From Alphaproteobacteria bacterium (GTDB taxonomy: Bacteria > Pseudomonadota > Alphaproteobacteria > Rs-D84), in assembly GCA_017463185.1 (NCBI GenBank), contig JAFTPS010000014.1, forward strand, positions 40,514 to 104,513: DNA of 64,000 nt, in the 5' to 3' direction. Position 1 is the stretch's first letter. Every line of letters starts with the position of its first letter. Positions 1 to 9,442 of the stretch are shown here, piece after piece. The notes beneath the pieces are model-generated. The model was not told the DNA's origin and made no database searches. It saw nothing but the letters and a program-made list of their open reading frames with translations. The position numbers were made by a program, and so were the translations under genes.

Positions 1-27
1 AGGAAGAATACGAAAGCCGTAAATCAT

Positions 28-54
28 AAAAAATGCGCCAATGGCGCATTTTTT
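28..54. terminator. Palindromic intrinsic terminator, family 1 (AAAAAATGCGCCAaTGGCGCATTTTTT)
   Basis: 8-bp GC-rich perfect stem (33..40 / 42..49) flanked by an A-run and a T-run. It abuts the stop of the 53..517 ORF. Near-identical copies lie at 6037..6064 and 12649..12676. Confidence 0.75.
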
Positions 55-517
55 ATTTCCTGTTTTTTCTAAATTCATCCAGCGATACAACCCGCCCCGT
101 ATCTGGCACGGTATCAGGCCGGTCATCCAGTGGCAATTCCATATCATTATTGGCAGAATCCACCTGAGATTTTGGATGAAAAGATAACATAAAATCAACT
201 GACGGGTCCTTAAACTCTACCAACGCGGAAAATGGTACACGGATAAAAAACGGCCGCCCATCAAAAGTCAATTGAACCCCAAATTCTTTGTCCGATACAT
301 GCAGATTATTAAACGAATACTGCAACACAATCGTCATAATATCTGGATAACGCATACGCAGGAAATCTGGCAAAACCACCCCCGCATCGCGTGTTTTGAA
401 TGTGATAAAAAAATGCGTTCCATCCCCCAATCCATTAAACTGAGCATGAATCAAAGCATCCTTGACCACAGATTTTAATGCATTGTCCAATAAAGTTTGA
501 TAATCAATACGTGCCAT
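53..517 (-). CDS. sspB: SspB-like ClpXP adaptor (alphaproteobacterial type)
   Basis: 154-aa ORF with a GGAGA RBS. The start lies 2 nt after the recF stop. Acidic linker and a C-terminal VVSLDEFRKNRK tail resembling the ClpX-binding tail of alpha-type SspB. Confidence 0.7.
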   Translation of the reverse strand: MARIDYQTLLDNALKSVVKDALIHAQFNGLGDGTHFFITFKTRDAGVVLPDFLRMRYPDIMTIVLQYSFNNLHVSDKEFGVQLTFDGRPFFIRVPFSALVEFKDPSVDFMLSFHPKSQVDSANNDMELPLDDRPDTVPDTGRVVSLDEFRKNRK

Positions 518-519
518 AA

Positions 520-1611
520 CTAATTCTCCGGTGCCAGTATATTACTTATTTGCCCATTCTGGCAAGCAACAAATACCGCATTCGGTACATCACGAAATAT
601 TTCCGCATCCAGTCCCGTTGCCCAAACCTGGGCATCCGCCGCCCCCAGTTCGCGAAACAAATTCGCCCGTGCATTTGCGTCCAGGTGGGCAGCAGCCTCG
701 TCCAATAAAATCAACGGACGATAACCAGTTTTTGTATGCACCAGTTTCGCATGTGCCAAAATCAAATCCAATAAAACTGTTTTTTGTTGCCCGGTACTGG
801 TTAAATTCGCCGGCAGGTTCAGTTCTTTATTAAACACCCCAAAATCAGACTTATGCGGTCCATCCAGCATCATTTTATCACCCACCAATTCGCGATTTTG
901 CCGCAGGTATTCCAGATATCCTCGCTCTGCATCGCCGGCACTTAGCCCATCTATTATCATTTTTTCAATCATACCGACAACCGATACCGCACACCGACAC
1001 AAAAAATAATTTAATTCACCCGCATATTGAATACGCGCCGCCGCCACGGCAACCGCGACACCGGCAATTTGGACATCCAGCGCATCCAACCATCGTGCAT
1101 CTGCCCCATTTTTAAGTGCATACGCGCGCTCCGACATCAGTTTAGCCAATCGCGCCGTACGCCCCGCGTGCGCGGCATCAAAACTAGTCGCCAGACGGTC
1201 AAAAAAACTGCGCCGTTCGGCGGCCCCTTCTACAAATAATCTGTCCTCGCGCGGGGTCAGCCAAACGATTCGCATAAAACGCGCCAATTCGGACAAAGGC
1301 GCACTGTCTCCATCTATCCGCGCACGCCGATTCGTGTCACCACCAGCAAAACTGACCGATATTTCGGTATCATCAGCCAGATTTGCAAAAACAGAAAACG
1401 ACCCAACGCCACCAAAACGCGCCACATCCGTCATGGCGGCACCACGCAAACCGCGTTCCCCCGACAGCATTGATACAGCCTCTAACACGGCGGTTTTTCC
1501 CGCCCCATTGGGGCCAGTAATAATAACATTGCGCCGACCGTGCGTCTTTATACGACACATTTCATGATTTCTAAAATCAGTCAGGCTTAGTACTTCTATC
1601 ATATGTCGCAT
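520..1611 (-). CDS. recF: DNA replication/repair protein RecF
   Basis: N-terminal LSLTDFRNH and Walker A GPNGAGKTAVLEA, C-terminal LLDEAAAHLD signature. The start is uncertain: ATGs at 1611 and 1602, and the ORF track begins at a TTG at 1638. Confidence 0.9.
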   Translation of the reverse strand: MRHMIEVLSLTDFRNHEMCRIKTHGRRNVIITGPNGAGKTAVLEAVSMLSGERGLRGAAMTDVARFGGVGSFSVFANLADDTEISVSFAGGDTNRRARIDGDSAPLSELARFMRIVWLTPREDRLFVEGAAERRSFFDRLATSFDAAHAGRTARLAKLMSERAYALKNGADARWLDALDVQIAGVAVAVAAARIQYAGELNYFLCRCAVSVVGMIEKMIIDGLSAGDAERGYLEYLRQNRELVGDKMMLDGPHKSDFGVFNKELNLPANLTSTGQQKTVLLDLILAHAKLVHTKTGYRPLILLDEAAAHLDANARANLFRELGAADAQVWATGLDAEIFRDVPNAVFVACQNGQISNILAPEN

Positions 1612-1652
1612 AATACACCAAGCCCACCAATCCCGCAATATGGATTTTATGT

Positions 1653-1681
1653 TTGATTTTACATATCAAAATTTATACAAT
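1653..1681 (+). promoter_or_regulatory. Sigma70-like promoter TTGATT-17-TACAAT
   Basis: Hexamers at 1653..1658 and 1676..1681 with a 17-nt spacer. Same architecture as the promoter at 61745..61773. Confidence 0.5.
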
Positions 1682-1687
1682 AAAAAC

Positions 1688-1921
1688 TGAAACCATAGGG
1701 ATATGGCTTCGGGACCTTCAAAAGTCCAATATTCAAGGAGCGCACGCGATGTGTGCGTTGATATCCGCGTAATGCGGCGCATTTTGCGCTGCTTTTTATG
1801 ACCCCCGCGTTGTCGGGGTGCTGTGGGGCATATAACAGGGTTCGCCCGAAACCCCACAGGGTCATTTCCTTGAATATGATTTTTGAACACCCCGACCGCC
1901 AAATCTCTGGCGGTCTTTTTT
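1688..1921 (+). ncRNA. Structured 5' leader or sRNA, R-class copy R1, ending in a strong intrinsic terminator
   Basis: 5' hairpin CCATA-GGGA-TATGG followed by CTTCGGGACC (1693..1716). Long-range helix ATTCAAGGA (1731..1739) / TCCTTGAAT (1867..1875). Hairpin CCCCG/CGGGG (1803..1818). Terminator GACCGCC-N8-GGCGGTC-T6 (1894..1921), about 20 nt before the ATG at 1943. Homologous blocks occur at 61780..62009. Confidence 0.55.
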
Positions 1922-1942
1922 AAACTTAGGGGAATAAAATTT

Positions 1943-3163
1943 ATGAAAAAAACAATTGCGATATTTTTATTATCCATAACCACAGCCAATGCAGCCGAAC
2001 TGACCGTCAGCACATCTGTACGAGAAGCATGGGGCAATGCAGAAATGAATTATTGTGGCACAAACAATATTCCAGAGGCCTGTATAGGCGAAGCCGTTAA
2101 CAAAAATTGCGCCAATAAAAAAATTTACAGTGCCAGATATCAAAAAAAAGGTAAATACGATGATGAGTTTGCAAACCTAATAATGATGGCACGCGAAATA
2201 AATGAACACGGTGCATTATTCTGCCCAACACAGGCAGACGGCCAAAACAATGACCAGAAAGGATATACCGCATATTATGAACCCAACGGCAACGATAACT
2301 GTATATGGCTGTGTCAAGCAAAATGGACCGGCGACAGGTGCGCCACATCAACAGAAAATTTTACAGACGCCTGTAATATAGTTCCATTTACACGTAATGA
2401 TTATAACGATGTCACAGCGGTTCATGACATTCACAAAAAAGCCAAAAATAACATAGAAAATCAAATTGAATTTTTCTATATCAACGATTATCAAAAGTGT
2501 TCTTATAAAGACGATGATGGCGACATAAAATCTAAAGCAAGAAATGAACATGATATGGCATTGGTACTAACAAAATTCTTGACCAGTGGCAACGGTGCAT
2601 TTGCCCGTCAAATGATTATCCAATCCCACCGCACAGGAAAAAAATCTTCTGACATATTGATTTACCCAGCATCAAAAAGTATTGAAATACTGGTCTGTAA
2701 AAATGGTTACACACCAAATTTATCCAACACAGACTGTGAACCAATTGATAAAACTAAATGCGACATCGCAATTGCATCAACGAAAATGTGTATCGGCTGG
2801 TCATATTCCAATATGAATCCAGAAATTCACGAACTGACCGAATCAGACAACTGTTATAAATACAGATGTAAACAATCTGGCTATGCATTTAACAGCATAA
2901 CCGACCTATCATGTACTGAATGCCCCAGCAACAAGCGCAGCGGCATACACCCGCGAAATAACACCTGTACAAAATGCGAAACAGGAACTATGTTTAACAA
3001 ATCAACGGGCGAATGCGACAATAATGTTATCGGTTTAAGCAAAACAGATATGATGTATGGTCGCAACAAAACAAAAAATTCACAAAAAAAATTAAACGAC
3101 CAATGTTGGACACAGGCCAACGACCCAGACAAATATAAAAACTGTGTCCTGGGCAAAGAATAA
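1943..3163 (+). CDS. Secreted cysteine-rich protein (CxxGY..C / CxxCP repeats)
   Basis: Start trimmed to MKKTIAIFLLSITTANA (signal peptide, AGGGGA RBS). Many Cys, with repeats such as VCKNGYTPNLSNTDC and CTECPSNKRSG..CTKCETG. AT-rich coding sequence. Confidence 0.8.
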   Translation: MKKTIAIFLLSITTANAAELTVSTSVREAWGNAEMNYCGTNNIPEACIGEAVNKNCANKKIYSARYQKKGKYDDEFANLIMMAREINEHGALFCPTQADGQNNDQKGYTAYYEPNGNDNCIWLCQAKWTGDRCATSTENFTDACNIVPFTRNDYNDVTAVHDIHKKAKNNIENQIEFFYINDYQKCSYKDDDGDIKSKARNEHDMALVLTKFLTSGNGAFARQMIIQSHRTGKKSSDILIYPASKSIEILVCKNGYTPNLSNTDCEPIDKTKCDIAIASTKMCIGWSYSNMNPEIHELTESDNCYKYRCKQSGYAFNSITDLSCTECPSNKRSGIHPRNNTCTKCETGTMFNKSTGECDNNVIGLSKTDMMYGRNKTKNSQKKLNDQCWTQANDPDKYKNCVLGKE

Positions 3164-3185
3164 TCAAAACAGACAATCTATGCCT

Positions 3186-3212
3186 AAAAAAAATCCCCTT
3201 GCGGGGATTTTT
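3186..3212. terminator. Palindromic intrinsic terminator between convergent genes
   Basis: AAAAAAAATCCCCttgcGGGGATTTTT between the 1943..3163 (+) and 3211..4434 (-) genes. Confidence 0.8.
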
Positions 3213-4434
3213 ATCTGGGACCACCCATTGGGCCACCCATACGATTACCACTATTTCTGTTGGCGGATGATACCATACCAATTTTACCAACCACAATTCG
3301 GTCGCCCTGCTCTATTTCATCGGATACAATTTCCGTTTCCGTCGCCGTCACCAGGCCCTTAGAATACGGCACCAGCATTATATCACCATCGCGTTCTATC
3401 GCCAAATGGGTTTTCGGCGTTGCGCCATTTGCATCCGCAATAATTCCATCAAAACTGCGAACCAAAAATGCGGAATTAGACGCTTTCCATACATTATCGC
3501 GTTCGGAAATAATAATCGTCACAAACGCGGTCATTCCTGGCATCAAACGCAAATCTGAATTATCCACATCAATCACCACCGTATAAACTACAACATTAGA
3601 TGTCGTTGTCGGCGACAGGCGCACTTGGCGTACAAAGCCCTCAAAAGTTTCGGTCGGATACGCATCAACGGTAAATGTCACGGTCTGATTATCTTTTATC
3701 ATACCAATGTCAGCCTCTGACACAGATGTTTCAATCTGCATTTTGGTCAAATCCTCGGCAATTTCAAACAAGTCAGGGGTCTGAAAAGACGCTGCAACGG
3801 TTTGACCCTCGTCCACTTTGCGTGAAATAACCGTACCATCCACGGGCGACACAATCGTCGCATACCCCAGATTTGTCACCGCCCGTTCATATTGTGACTG
3901 CATACGATTTACGGATTGTTCGGCCTGTTCATACGTGGTTTGGGATTGTTCCATTTCCGCACGGGAAATAAAACCTTCGTTATACAAAGTCTTGTTGCGT
4001 TGATATTCGGCCTTGGCATAGTTGCGTTGCGATTCGGCACTGACCAATGATGCCTTAGCCTCGTCCACGGACGCTTGCAGAACCGATGGCTCAATTTCTA
4101 ATAAAACATCGCCCTTTTTCACTTTGGTGTTAAAGTCAACATAAAGTTTATCAATAGTTCCCGATACCTGCGAACCAACACTAACTGTATTTAAAGGCTG
4201 AATTTCACCGGTCGCGGTCACAACCTGGCGCAGGTCACCACGAGAAATCTTGACCATTGCAAATTCGGACGGCTTTTTTGCACCACCACCAAACAACAAC
4301 GCCGCCCCACAAACCAAGGCCACCAACAAAATCAGCCACCACTTTTTACGCCATATCCAACCAAAGACGCGACGCAACCACGATTTCTTTTTCACAGTAT
4401 TATTTTGAACTTTTTTGTTATTAGTCTTCCGCAT
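3211..4434 (-). CDS. Efflux periplasmic adaptor (HlyD/MacA-type membrane fusion protein)
   Basis: N-terminal TM anchor, biotinyl-lipoyl-like and coiled-coil hairpin regions (VSGTIDKLYVDFNTKVKKGDVLLEIEP.. / ..TIVSPVDGTVISRKVDEGQTV). Overlaps the tolC stop by 14 nt. Confidence 0.85.
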   Translation of the reverse strand: MRKTNNKKVQNNTVKKKSWLRRVFGWIWRKKWWLILLVALVCGAALLFGGGAKKPSEFAMVKISRGDLRQVVTATGEIQPLNTVSVGSQVSGTIDKLYVDFNTKVKKGDVLLEIEPSVLQASVDEAKASLVSAESQRNYAKAEYQRNKTLYNEGFISRAEMEQSQTTYEQAEQSVNRMQSQYERAVTNLGYATIVSPVDGTVISRKVDEGQTVAASFQTPDLFEIAEDLTKMQIETSVSEADIGMIKDNQTVTFTVDAYPTETFEGFVRQVRLSPTTTSNVVVYTVVIDVDNSDLRLMPGMTAFVTIIISERDNVWKASNSAFLVRSFDGIIADANGATPKTHLAIERDGDIMLVPYSKGLVTATETEIVSDEIEQGDRIVVGKIGMVSSANRNSGNRMGGPMGGPR

Positions 4435-5764
4435 TTTGTTTTCCCTCCTCTATTCCGGCCTTGATTTCACCGACGGCCAATGCCACGGCCGCACGTTTAG
4501 TGAACAAATCATATTTGGCCGCATTATTTTGTTTTTGCGCATCCACCAATTCCGATTGAGCGGTCTGCCAATCCAGCATGGTCGCACGACCAACCTTGTA
4601 CATACCGGCGGTGACACGTTCCGATTCGGTTGCGGATGCCAATAATGTTTCGGTCTGCTTCAAAACGGTCTGGGCCGTCTTATAATTCTGATATGCAGCA
4701 AAGATATCCAACGAAGCATTATCCTGGGCGGCGCGTTCCTGTTCAATGGCACGGTCATATGCAGCCTGGGCCTCGCGCACACCATACATATTTGCAAATC
4801 CCGCAAACAGCGGCATAGACGCACGAATTCCTATACTTCCACTAACTTTATCATTGCCGGCATTAAAAGTCTCCGACGGATTATCATTCCAAGCCAACGA
4901 ACCCGAAGCCGATATAGACGGCAGATTTTTCAGAAAACTGCTGTTTCTACGATGCCAAGCAGCATCCTTGTTTGCTGTTGCCCGCAATAAATCCGGGCGC
5001 GTTTTTTGTGCCTGGGCAAACAAATCATCTAATGATTTTGTTTCCTGGGGCGTACCAAATTCAGATGGCATATCCGCAATTTCTATATTCTGGTCCGCCG
5101 GAAAAGACAGTTTTGTCAGCAAAGTCCCCTTTGCGATTTCACGATTATTTTTTGCCCGCTCTAAATCCAAATCACGACTGGCCAATGTTGTTTCGGCTTT
5201 TAACACATCAGCTTTGGCAACCGAACCCGCACGATATTTTTTCTGGGCGGTATCTTTGGCGGTCTGGGCCACTGTGCGCAAAGCCTCGGCCGATTTCACA
5301 TCCGCATCCGCATTCAACAATTCATAATACGCCCCAATAATACTGTACACATAGTTCTGGACGGATTCATCATAATCAAATCCCGTCGCCCGCCAAGACG
5401 CCGCCGATTGGTTCAAATCAGACAACCGCTTTCCAAAATCAAACAATAAATACGACGCAGACAACGATGCCCCATACGACCAATCGCCCCATTCTTCATT
5501 GCGATATGGCAACGACGCATTTGCCGACGCAGACACACTTGGCAAATAATTTGCATACTGGGCATTTTTGGAAAATCGCGCAGACTCGTACGCTAAATAA
5601 GACGCGGTTGTTTGTGGATTACGGCACAATCCCAAATCAATCACCTGGGGCAAATTTAATCGTTCGGTCGGCACAGTTGTTCGGGTCATACAATCATCCA
5701 CCGTGGCAAAACCGGCACACGGCACGGCGCACAATGCAAATAAAAATAACCTTTTCATAGACAA
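4421..5764 (-). CDS. tolC: TolC-family outer membrane efflux protein
   Basis: 447 aa with a signal peptide and two repeated halves rich in coiled-coil-type sequence (..AQAAYDRAIEQERAAQDNASLDIFAAYQNYKTAQ..). Confidence 0.85.
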   Translation of the reverse strand: MSMKRLFLFALCAVPCAGFATVDDCMTRTTVPTERLNLPQVIDLGLCRNPQTTASYLAYESARFSKNAQYANYLPSVSASANASLPYRNEEWGDWSYGASLSASYLLFDFGKRLSDLNQSAASWRATGFDYDESVQNYVYSIIGAYYELLNADADVKSAEALRTVAQTAKDTAQKKYRAGSVAKADVLKAETTLASRDLDLERAKNNREIAKGTLLTKLSFPADQNIEIADMPSEFGTPQETKSLDDLFAQAQKTRPDLLRATANKDAAWHRRNSSFLKNLPSISASGSLAWNDNPSETFNAGNDKVSGSIGIRASMPLFAGFANMYGVREAQAAYDRAIEQERAAQDNASLDIFAAYQNYKTAQTVLKQTETLLASATESERVTAGMYKVGRATMLDWQTAQSELVDAQKQNNAAKYDLFTKRAAVALAVGEIKAGIEEGKQNAED

Positions 5765-5809
5765 ACTCTCTCTCGGAATAACATTCTTGTAAATTATACA
5801 ATTTTTATG

Positions 5810-5838
5810 TTGAATTACAAATTATTTTTGCGTAATAT
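5810..5838 (+). promoter_or_regulatory. Promoter TTGAAT-17-TAATAT for tRNA-Cys
   Basis: Hexamers at 5810..5815 and 5833..5838. The tRNA 5' end lies 15 nt downstream. Confidence 0.45.
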
Positions 5839-5852
5839 GCCGATACGGTTCA

Positions 5853-5926
5853 GGCCTGGTGGCAGAGTGGTTATGCAGAGGACTGCAAATCCTTGTATGC
5901 CGGTTCGATTCCGACCCAGGCCTCCA
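5853..5926 (+). tRNA. tRNA-Cys (anticodon GCA), CCA encoded
   Basis: Acceptor stem GGCCTGG/CCAGGCC. Anticodon stem GAGGA/TCCTT around the loop CTGCAAA. T-loop TTCGATT. 4-nt variable loop. Short D stem with a G:A pair as in other tRNA-Cys. One C:A mismatch in the T stem. Confidence 0.88.
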
Positions 5927-5936
5927 AAAATAAGAA

Positions 5937-5959
5937 ATACCCTTTCGTGGGTATTTTTT
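5937..5959 (+). terminator. Intrinsic terminator after tRNA-Cys
   Basis: ATACCC-tttcgt-GGGTAT followed by T5. Confidence 0.6.
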
Positions 5960-6036
5960 ATTTATCTAAGAACACCAACTTGTCCCACGAATCGTTTCGC
6001 GAAGTGGGATGCATTATGCTCTATTCTCTATGCCCT

Positions 6037-6064
6037 AAAAAAAATGCGCCAGTGGCGCATTTTA
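6037..6064. terminator. Palindromic terminator, family 1
   Basis: AAAAAAAATGCGCCAgTGGCGCATTTTA. Overlaps the lpxI stop codon. Confidence 0.75.
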
Positions 6065-6889
6065 TTCGTCCATCGCAACTATAAACACCCCTAATTTATC
6101 GGCCTGTTTTATAACCGCGGTTTTATTCACAACAAAGCAAGTCTTGGTATTCACTACTATCCCGCGCAGATTTGCCGCAGCAACAGCATTTACTGTATCC
6201 ACACCAATCGCCGGAATATCAATCCGCAAATCTTGACCCGGTTTTGTCATTTTGGCAAAGACACCACTTTTCTTTTTACGCGACGCACGCATTGCAATCA
6301 CGCGTTCCAGCATTTTTGCCGTACCCTCGGCCGCCTCTACCGCAATAACTTGTTTATCAACAACAACTGATGCACCAATATCCGCCGCACCGATGGTGTG
6401 CGAAACCTCTATGGCGCGTTCAATATTTTTTTTATCCGCCGCCGTTGGTCGGGTCTTGGTCTGGACGCCCGCATTTTCAAACGCCAATTCCGGAGCCAGG
6501 TCCTGGGCCGCCACAATTTCAAACCCCTGTTTTTCCAATACACTATTTAACGCCACCGCCATAGAATCGTACCCCCGTTGATTTTTAAGAATTTTTAACA
6601 ACGTCCAAAACGTCCACCAATCCGGCCGAATATCCGAAAAATTCGGATGTCCCAATGACCCAACCATAGTAATTTTTTTTATCCCACGCCGCTTGAATTC
6701 GCGAATTGCGCGCCCACTGCCCCCCAAACGCACAGTCAAATCAGGATTTAACTTTGGATTCACGAAATTTTTCAGTCCAACAACAAACACATCCCATCCC
6801 GCGCGTTTTAATGCGTCACGCGTAAAGAACGGTAAATCCAGCGCACCCGCCACCAAAGCAATCTTTTTATCAGAACTCTGTTTTTTCAT
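6062..6889 (-). CDS. lpxI: UDP-2,3-diacylglucosamine pyrophosphatase LpxI (DUF1009 family)
   Basis: Start trimmed to MKKQSSDKKIALVAG. The family-like layout runs through ..GTAKMLERV.. and a C-terminal ..PAIGVDTV.. region. Confidence 0.75.
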   Translation of the reverse strand: MKKQSSDKKIALVAGALDLPFFTRDALKRAGWDVFVVGLKNFVNPKLNPDLTVRLGGSGRAIREFKRRGIKKITMVGSLGHPNFSDIRPDWWTFWTLLKILKNQRGYDSMAVALNSVLEKQGFEIVAAQDLAPELAFENAGVQTKTRPTAADKKNIERAIEVSHTIGAADIGASVVVDKQVIAVEAAEGTAKMLERVIAMRASRKKKSGVFAKMTKPGQDLRIDIPAIGVDTVNAVAAANLRGIVVNTKTCFVVNKTAVIKQADKLGVFIVAMDE

Positions 6890-6974
6890 ACTATAAACTG
6901 TACGCACAAAACAGACTGGAATCAAGTCGCAATTTATGATAGAATTTTCATAGCAAATTTAATGGACACAGGAA

Positions 6975-7745
6975 ATGAAAAAAATATCACATATTGCGAT
7001 TATGTTGGCGGCAATCGGCCCGATTGCCGCGCACTCGGCGTATAGCGACGATGCATTTCGTGCCGAAGTTTTAGAGGGTCTGGACCTGATTGGTGCACGC
7101 GCCACAATTGACGAAGTTCCCGAACGCGCCCCCGGCGAATTGGGATTGGAAGTATATGAAATCGCGGATGCGGTCAATACCGATGCGATGAAAGTATATG
7201 TTCCCACATCAATGTATATGCGTATGGGTGGTGGATTATTCTTGGGCTTTGCAATGGACAAAGCGGAATTTAATGGTCGCGAATACGAAAGTTCGGGCAG
7301 TTATAGCACCCAAATCGGCCTGGGGTGGAATTTGTCATCCTATGTTCGCACTGAAATAGATTTTCACGAATCGGTACTGGAATTTTCCGACCTGGACGAT
7401 CACCAAGCCACATACCAAGAAATAGGCAGTATGTTGTACTTTGACCTGGCTCGTCGTTATGTCCAGACCGGCGACATAACCCGCCGTCGCACATTTGTGC
7501 CATTTATGGGATTTGGGGTCAGCGTTGGTGCATATGAATTTGAGGGTGCCAATGGTGCCGACGGAATGTTCATTGCAGCCCCACGCGCGGTTTTGGGATT
7601 CAATGTAATGTTTAACGATTTAATCGGTCTGGATATTGCATATCAATATCAAATGATTATCGGCAACGGATATGGTTGGGGCGTACGCGCCGGTGGCGTT
7701 GATAATTTTAGCAGTATTATGGCATCACTGCGTGTAAATTTCTGA
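6975..7745 (+). CDS. Outer-membrane beta-barrel protein (Omp25/porin-family like)
   Basis: Signal peptide, alternating beta-strand pattern, C-terminal ..MASLRVNF with terminal Phe. Confidence 0.75.
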   Translation: MKKISHIAIMLAAIGPIAAHSAYSDDAFRAEVLEGLDLIGARATIDEVPERAPGELGLEVYEIADAVNTDAMKVYVPTSMYMRMGGGLFLGFAMDKAEFNGREYESSGSYSTQIGLGWNLSSYVRTEIDFHESVLEFSDLDDHQATYQEIGSMLYFDLARRYVQTGDITRRRTFVPFMGFGVSVGAYEFEGANGADGMFIAAPRAVLGFNVMFNDLIGLDIAYQYQMIIGNGYGWGVRAGGVDNFSSIMASLRVNF

Positions 7746-7759
7746 TAGGGGACTAGAAA

Positions 7760-8413
7760 ATGAAAATAAAAATTTTAACGACTTTAATATGCATTCTGCC
7801 ACTTGCGGCAAACGCGGCTATTCCATATCGCGTACAACAGACAAAAATGCCCGCCCCAGAAACACCAACCGGTCAGGATTCTGAGGCCTTGGCCCGTATC
7901 CATCGTTTCTATGTTGGTGGCGCATATAATTTTTCAATGTGGTCAAATTATACTGATGACAAAGATGTACATATCAGCGGCAACAACACATCATCATTTG
8001 AAATTATGGCCGGCATTCGCATTTATGACACATTCAGATTAGAAGCAAACTATTTGCACACAAATGCCAAATGGAATCAATTTTCATTTGATGGCAATAC
8101 TGCATTTGTGAACGCAATATTTGATGCACGCATTGATAATATTTACCGCCTGTTTCACAGCCAAATGATTATTCCATATGTGGGATTGGGTGCTGGTCTG
8201 TCCTGGAACAGTGCCGATGACGGCATAAAAATGGACACCAAAATTACACCTGTGGCGGCGGCCCTGGCGGGGATTGGCGTGGAATTGGGCGAACACTTTG
8301 CATTGGATTTTGGATACAGATATTTTTATATGTTCAATCCAAAATTTGATATTGTATCCGACTATAACCCAACCGCACACCAATTCCGCGTTGGCGCACG
8401 GGTAAATTTCTGA
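7760..8413 (+). CDS. Outer-membrane beta-barrel protein (Omp25/porin-family like), tandem paralog
   Basis: Signal peptide MKIKILTTLICILPLAANA, with YVGGAYNFS.., ..PYVGLGAGLSW.. and terminal ..GARVNF. Confidence 0.75.
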   Translation: MKIKILTTLICILPLAANAAIPYRVQQTKMPAPETPTGQDSEALARIHRFYVGGAYNFSMWSNYTDDKDVHISGNNTSSFEIMAGIRIYDTFRLEANYLHTNAKWNQFSFDGNTAFVNAIFDARIDNIYRLFHSQMIIPYVGLGAGLSWNSADDGIKMDTKITPVAAALAGIGVELGEHFALDFGYRYFYMFNPKFDIVSDYNPTAHQFRVGARVNF

Positions 8414-9336
8414 TGAAAACATGTCCCCTTTTTGGAAAATGCGGTGGATGCAAATTTGATTTTGCGTCCCCAACATATCGTGGGGATAAAATGAGTACCC
8501 TGCCCGCCCTGCCAGTAACAGGGAACGCAATATGGACCGATGCCGGTAATCGCCGGCGGGCCGATTTTTGCTTTGCGGGTCCCCAATTTGGCTTTTATGA
8601 AAGTGGCACAAAAAACATTGTCCCAATAACCAATTGCCCAAACCTGACCCCGGCAATAAATAATATTTTACCAAAACTGGCACAATTGCCCTGGGTGGGG
8701 GCAGGCTCGTGCCTGATAACCGAATGCGACAATGGAATTGATATCGCGATATCATCACCCGTACCCTATATCACACCGGAATTTCGGGCGGCGGCAACAA
8801 AAATTCCCGCTATTCGCATAACCTGGAATGATAACATAATAAATCAAACGGCTACGCCAACAATCACATTTGGGGATAAAACAGTCCCATATCCCACGGG
8901 TGCTTTTTTACAACCAACCCGCCCCAGCGAATCCGCACTGCGCCAATTGGTGGTTGACGCAACATCATCCGCACGACGTGTTGCGGACCTGTTTTGTGGG
9001 TTGGGGTCTTTTACATTTGCAACAAATGCCGACGGATTTGATATCATCGGCACTGGTGTAAAACGCGATCTGTTCAAAAATCCACTGACGGTTGGGATGC
9101 TGAACACATACGATTGTGTAATTATGGACCCACCACGCGCAGGCGCAATGGCACAATGCCATCAATTGGTAAAAAGCACCGTTCCACGTATAGTATATGT
9201 TTCGTGCAATCCACAAACATTCCGCCGCGACGCAAATATTTTAACAAACGGCGGTTATAAATTAACCACCCTTACCCCAGTTGACCAATTCACCGGCAGC
9301 ACCCATTGGGAACTGTTCGCAATATTTGAAAAATAG
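8413..9336 (+). CDS. SAM-dependent RNA (uracil-5)-methyltransferase, TrmA/RumA family
   Basis: N-terminal Cys cluster CPLFGKCGGCKF. SAM motif DLFCGLGSFTFA. ..VIMDPPRAGA.., ..VYVSCNPQTF... The start overlaps the upstream stop (TGATG). Confidence 0.8.
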   Translation: MKTCPLFGKCGGCKFDFASPTYRGDKMSTLPALPVTGNAIWTDAGNRRRADFCFAGPQFGFYESGTKNIVPITNCPNLTPAINNILPKLAQLPWVGAGSCLITECDNGIDIAISSPVPYITPEFRAAATKIPAIRITWNDNIINQTATPTITFGDKTVPYPTGAFLQPTRPSESALRQLVVDATSSARRVADLFCGLGSFTFATNADGFDIIGTGVKRDLFKNPLTVGMLNTYDCVIMDPPRAGAMAQCHQLVKSTVPRIVYVSCNPQTFRRDANILTNGGYKLTTLTPVDQFTGSTHWELFAIFEK

Positions 9337-9442
9337 ATTCAGTAATTAGTATATTATAATACACAAAGCTGGACTATCGCGTTTCACTCGTAATGACAAT
9401 AATATATTTCTTCTACTTACCATTTAAAATGCTCTTTGAAAT

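Noticed and set aside
2142-3091. A8 tracts inside the 1943..3163 gene (2142..2149 and 3084..3091) as phase-variation switches.
   Set aside because: They encode Lys-Lys in an AT-rich, Lys-rich gene, where such runs are expected by composition. Unlike the G8 case, there is no extended open alternative frame.
5980-6012. The hairpin TCCCAC..GTGGGA downstream of tRNA-Cys as a second small RNA or tRNA fragment.
   Set aside because: No T-loop or anticodon architecture, no promoter and no U-run. There is too little evidence beyond a single imperfect stem.
8084-8758. A 224-aa minus-strand ORF across the OMP / RNA methyltransferase boundary.
   Set aside because: It is antisense to two genes with strong family signatures and crosses their junction. 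It has no motifs or RBS.
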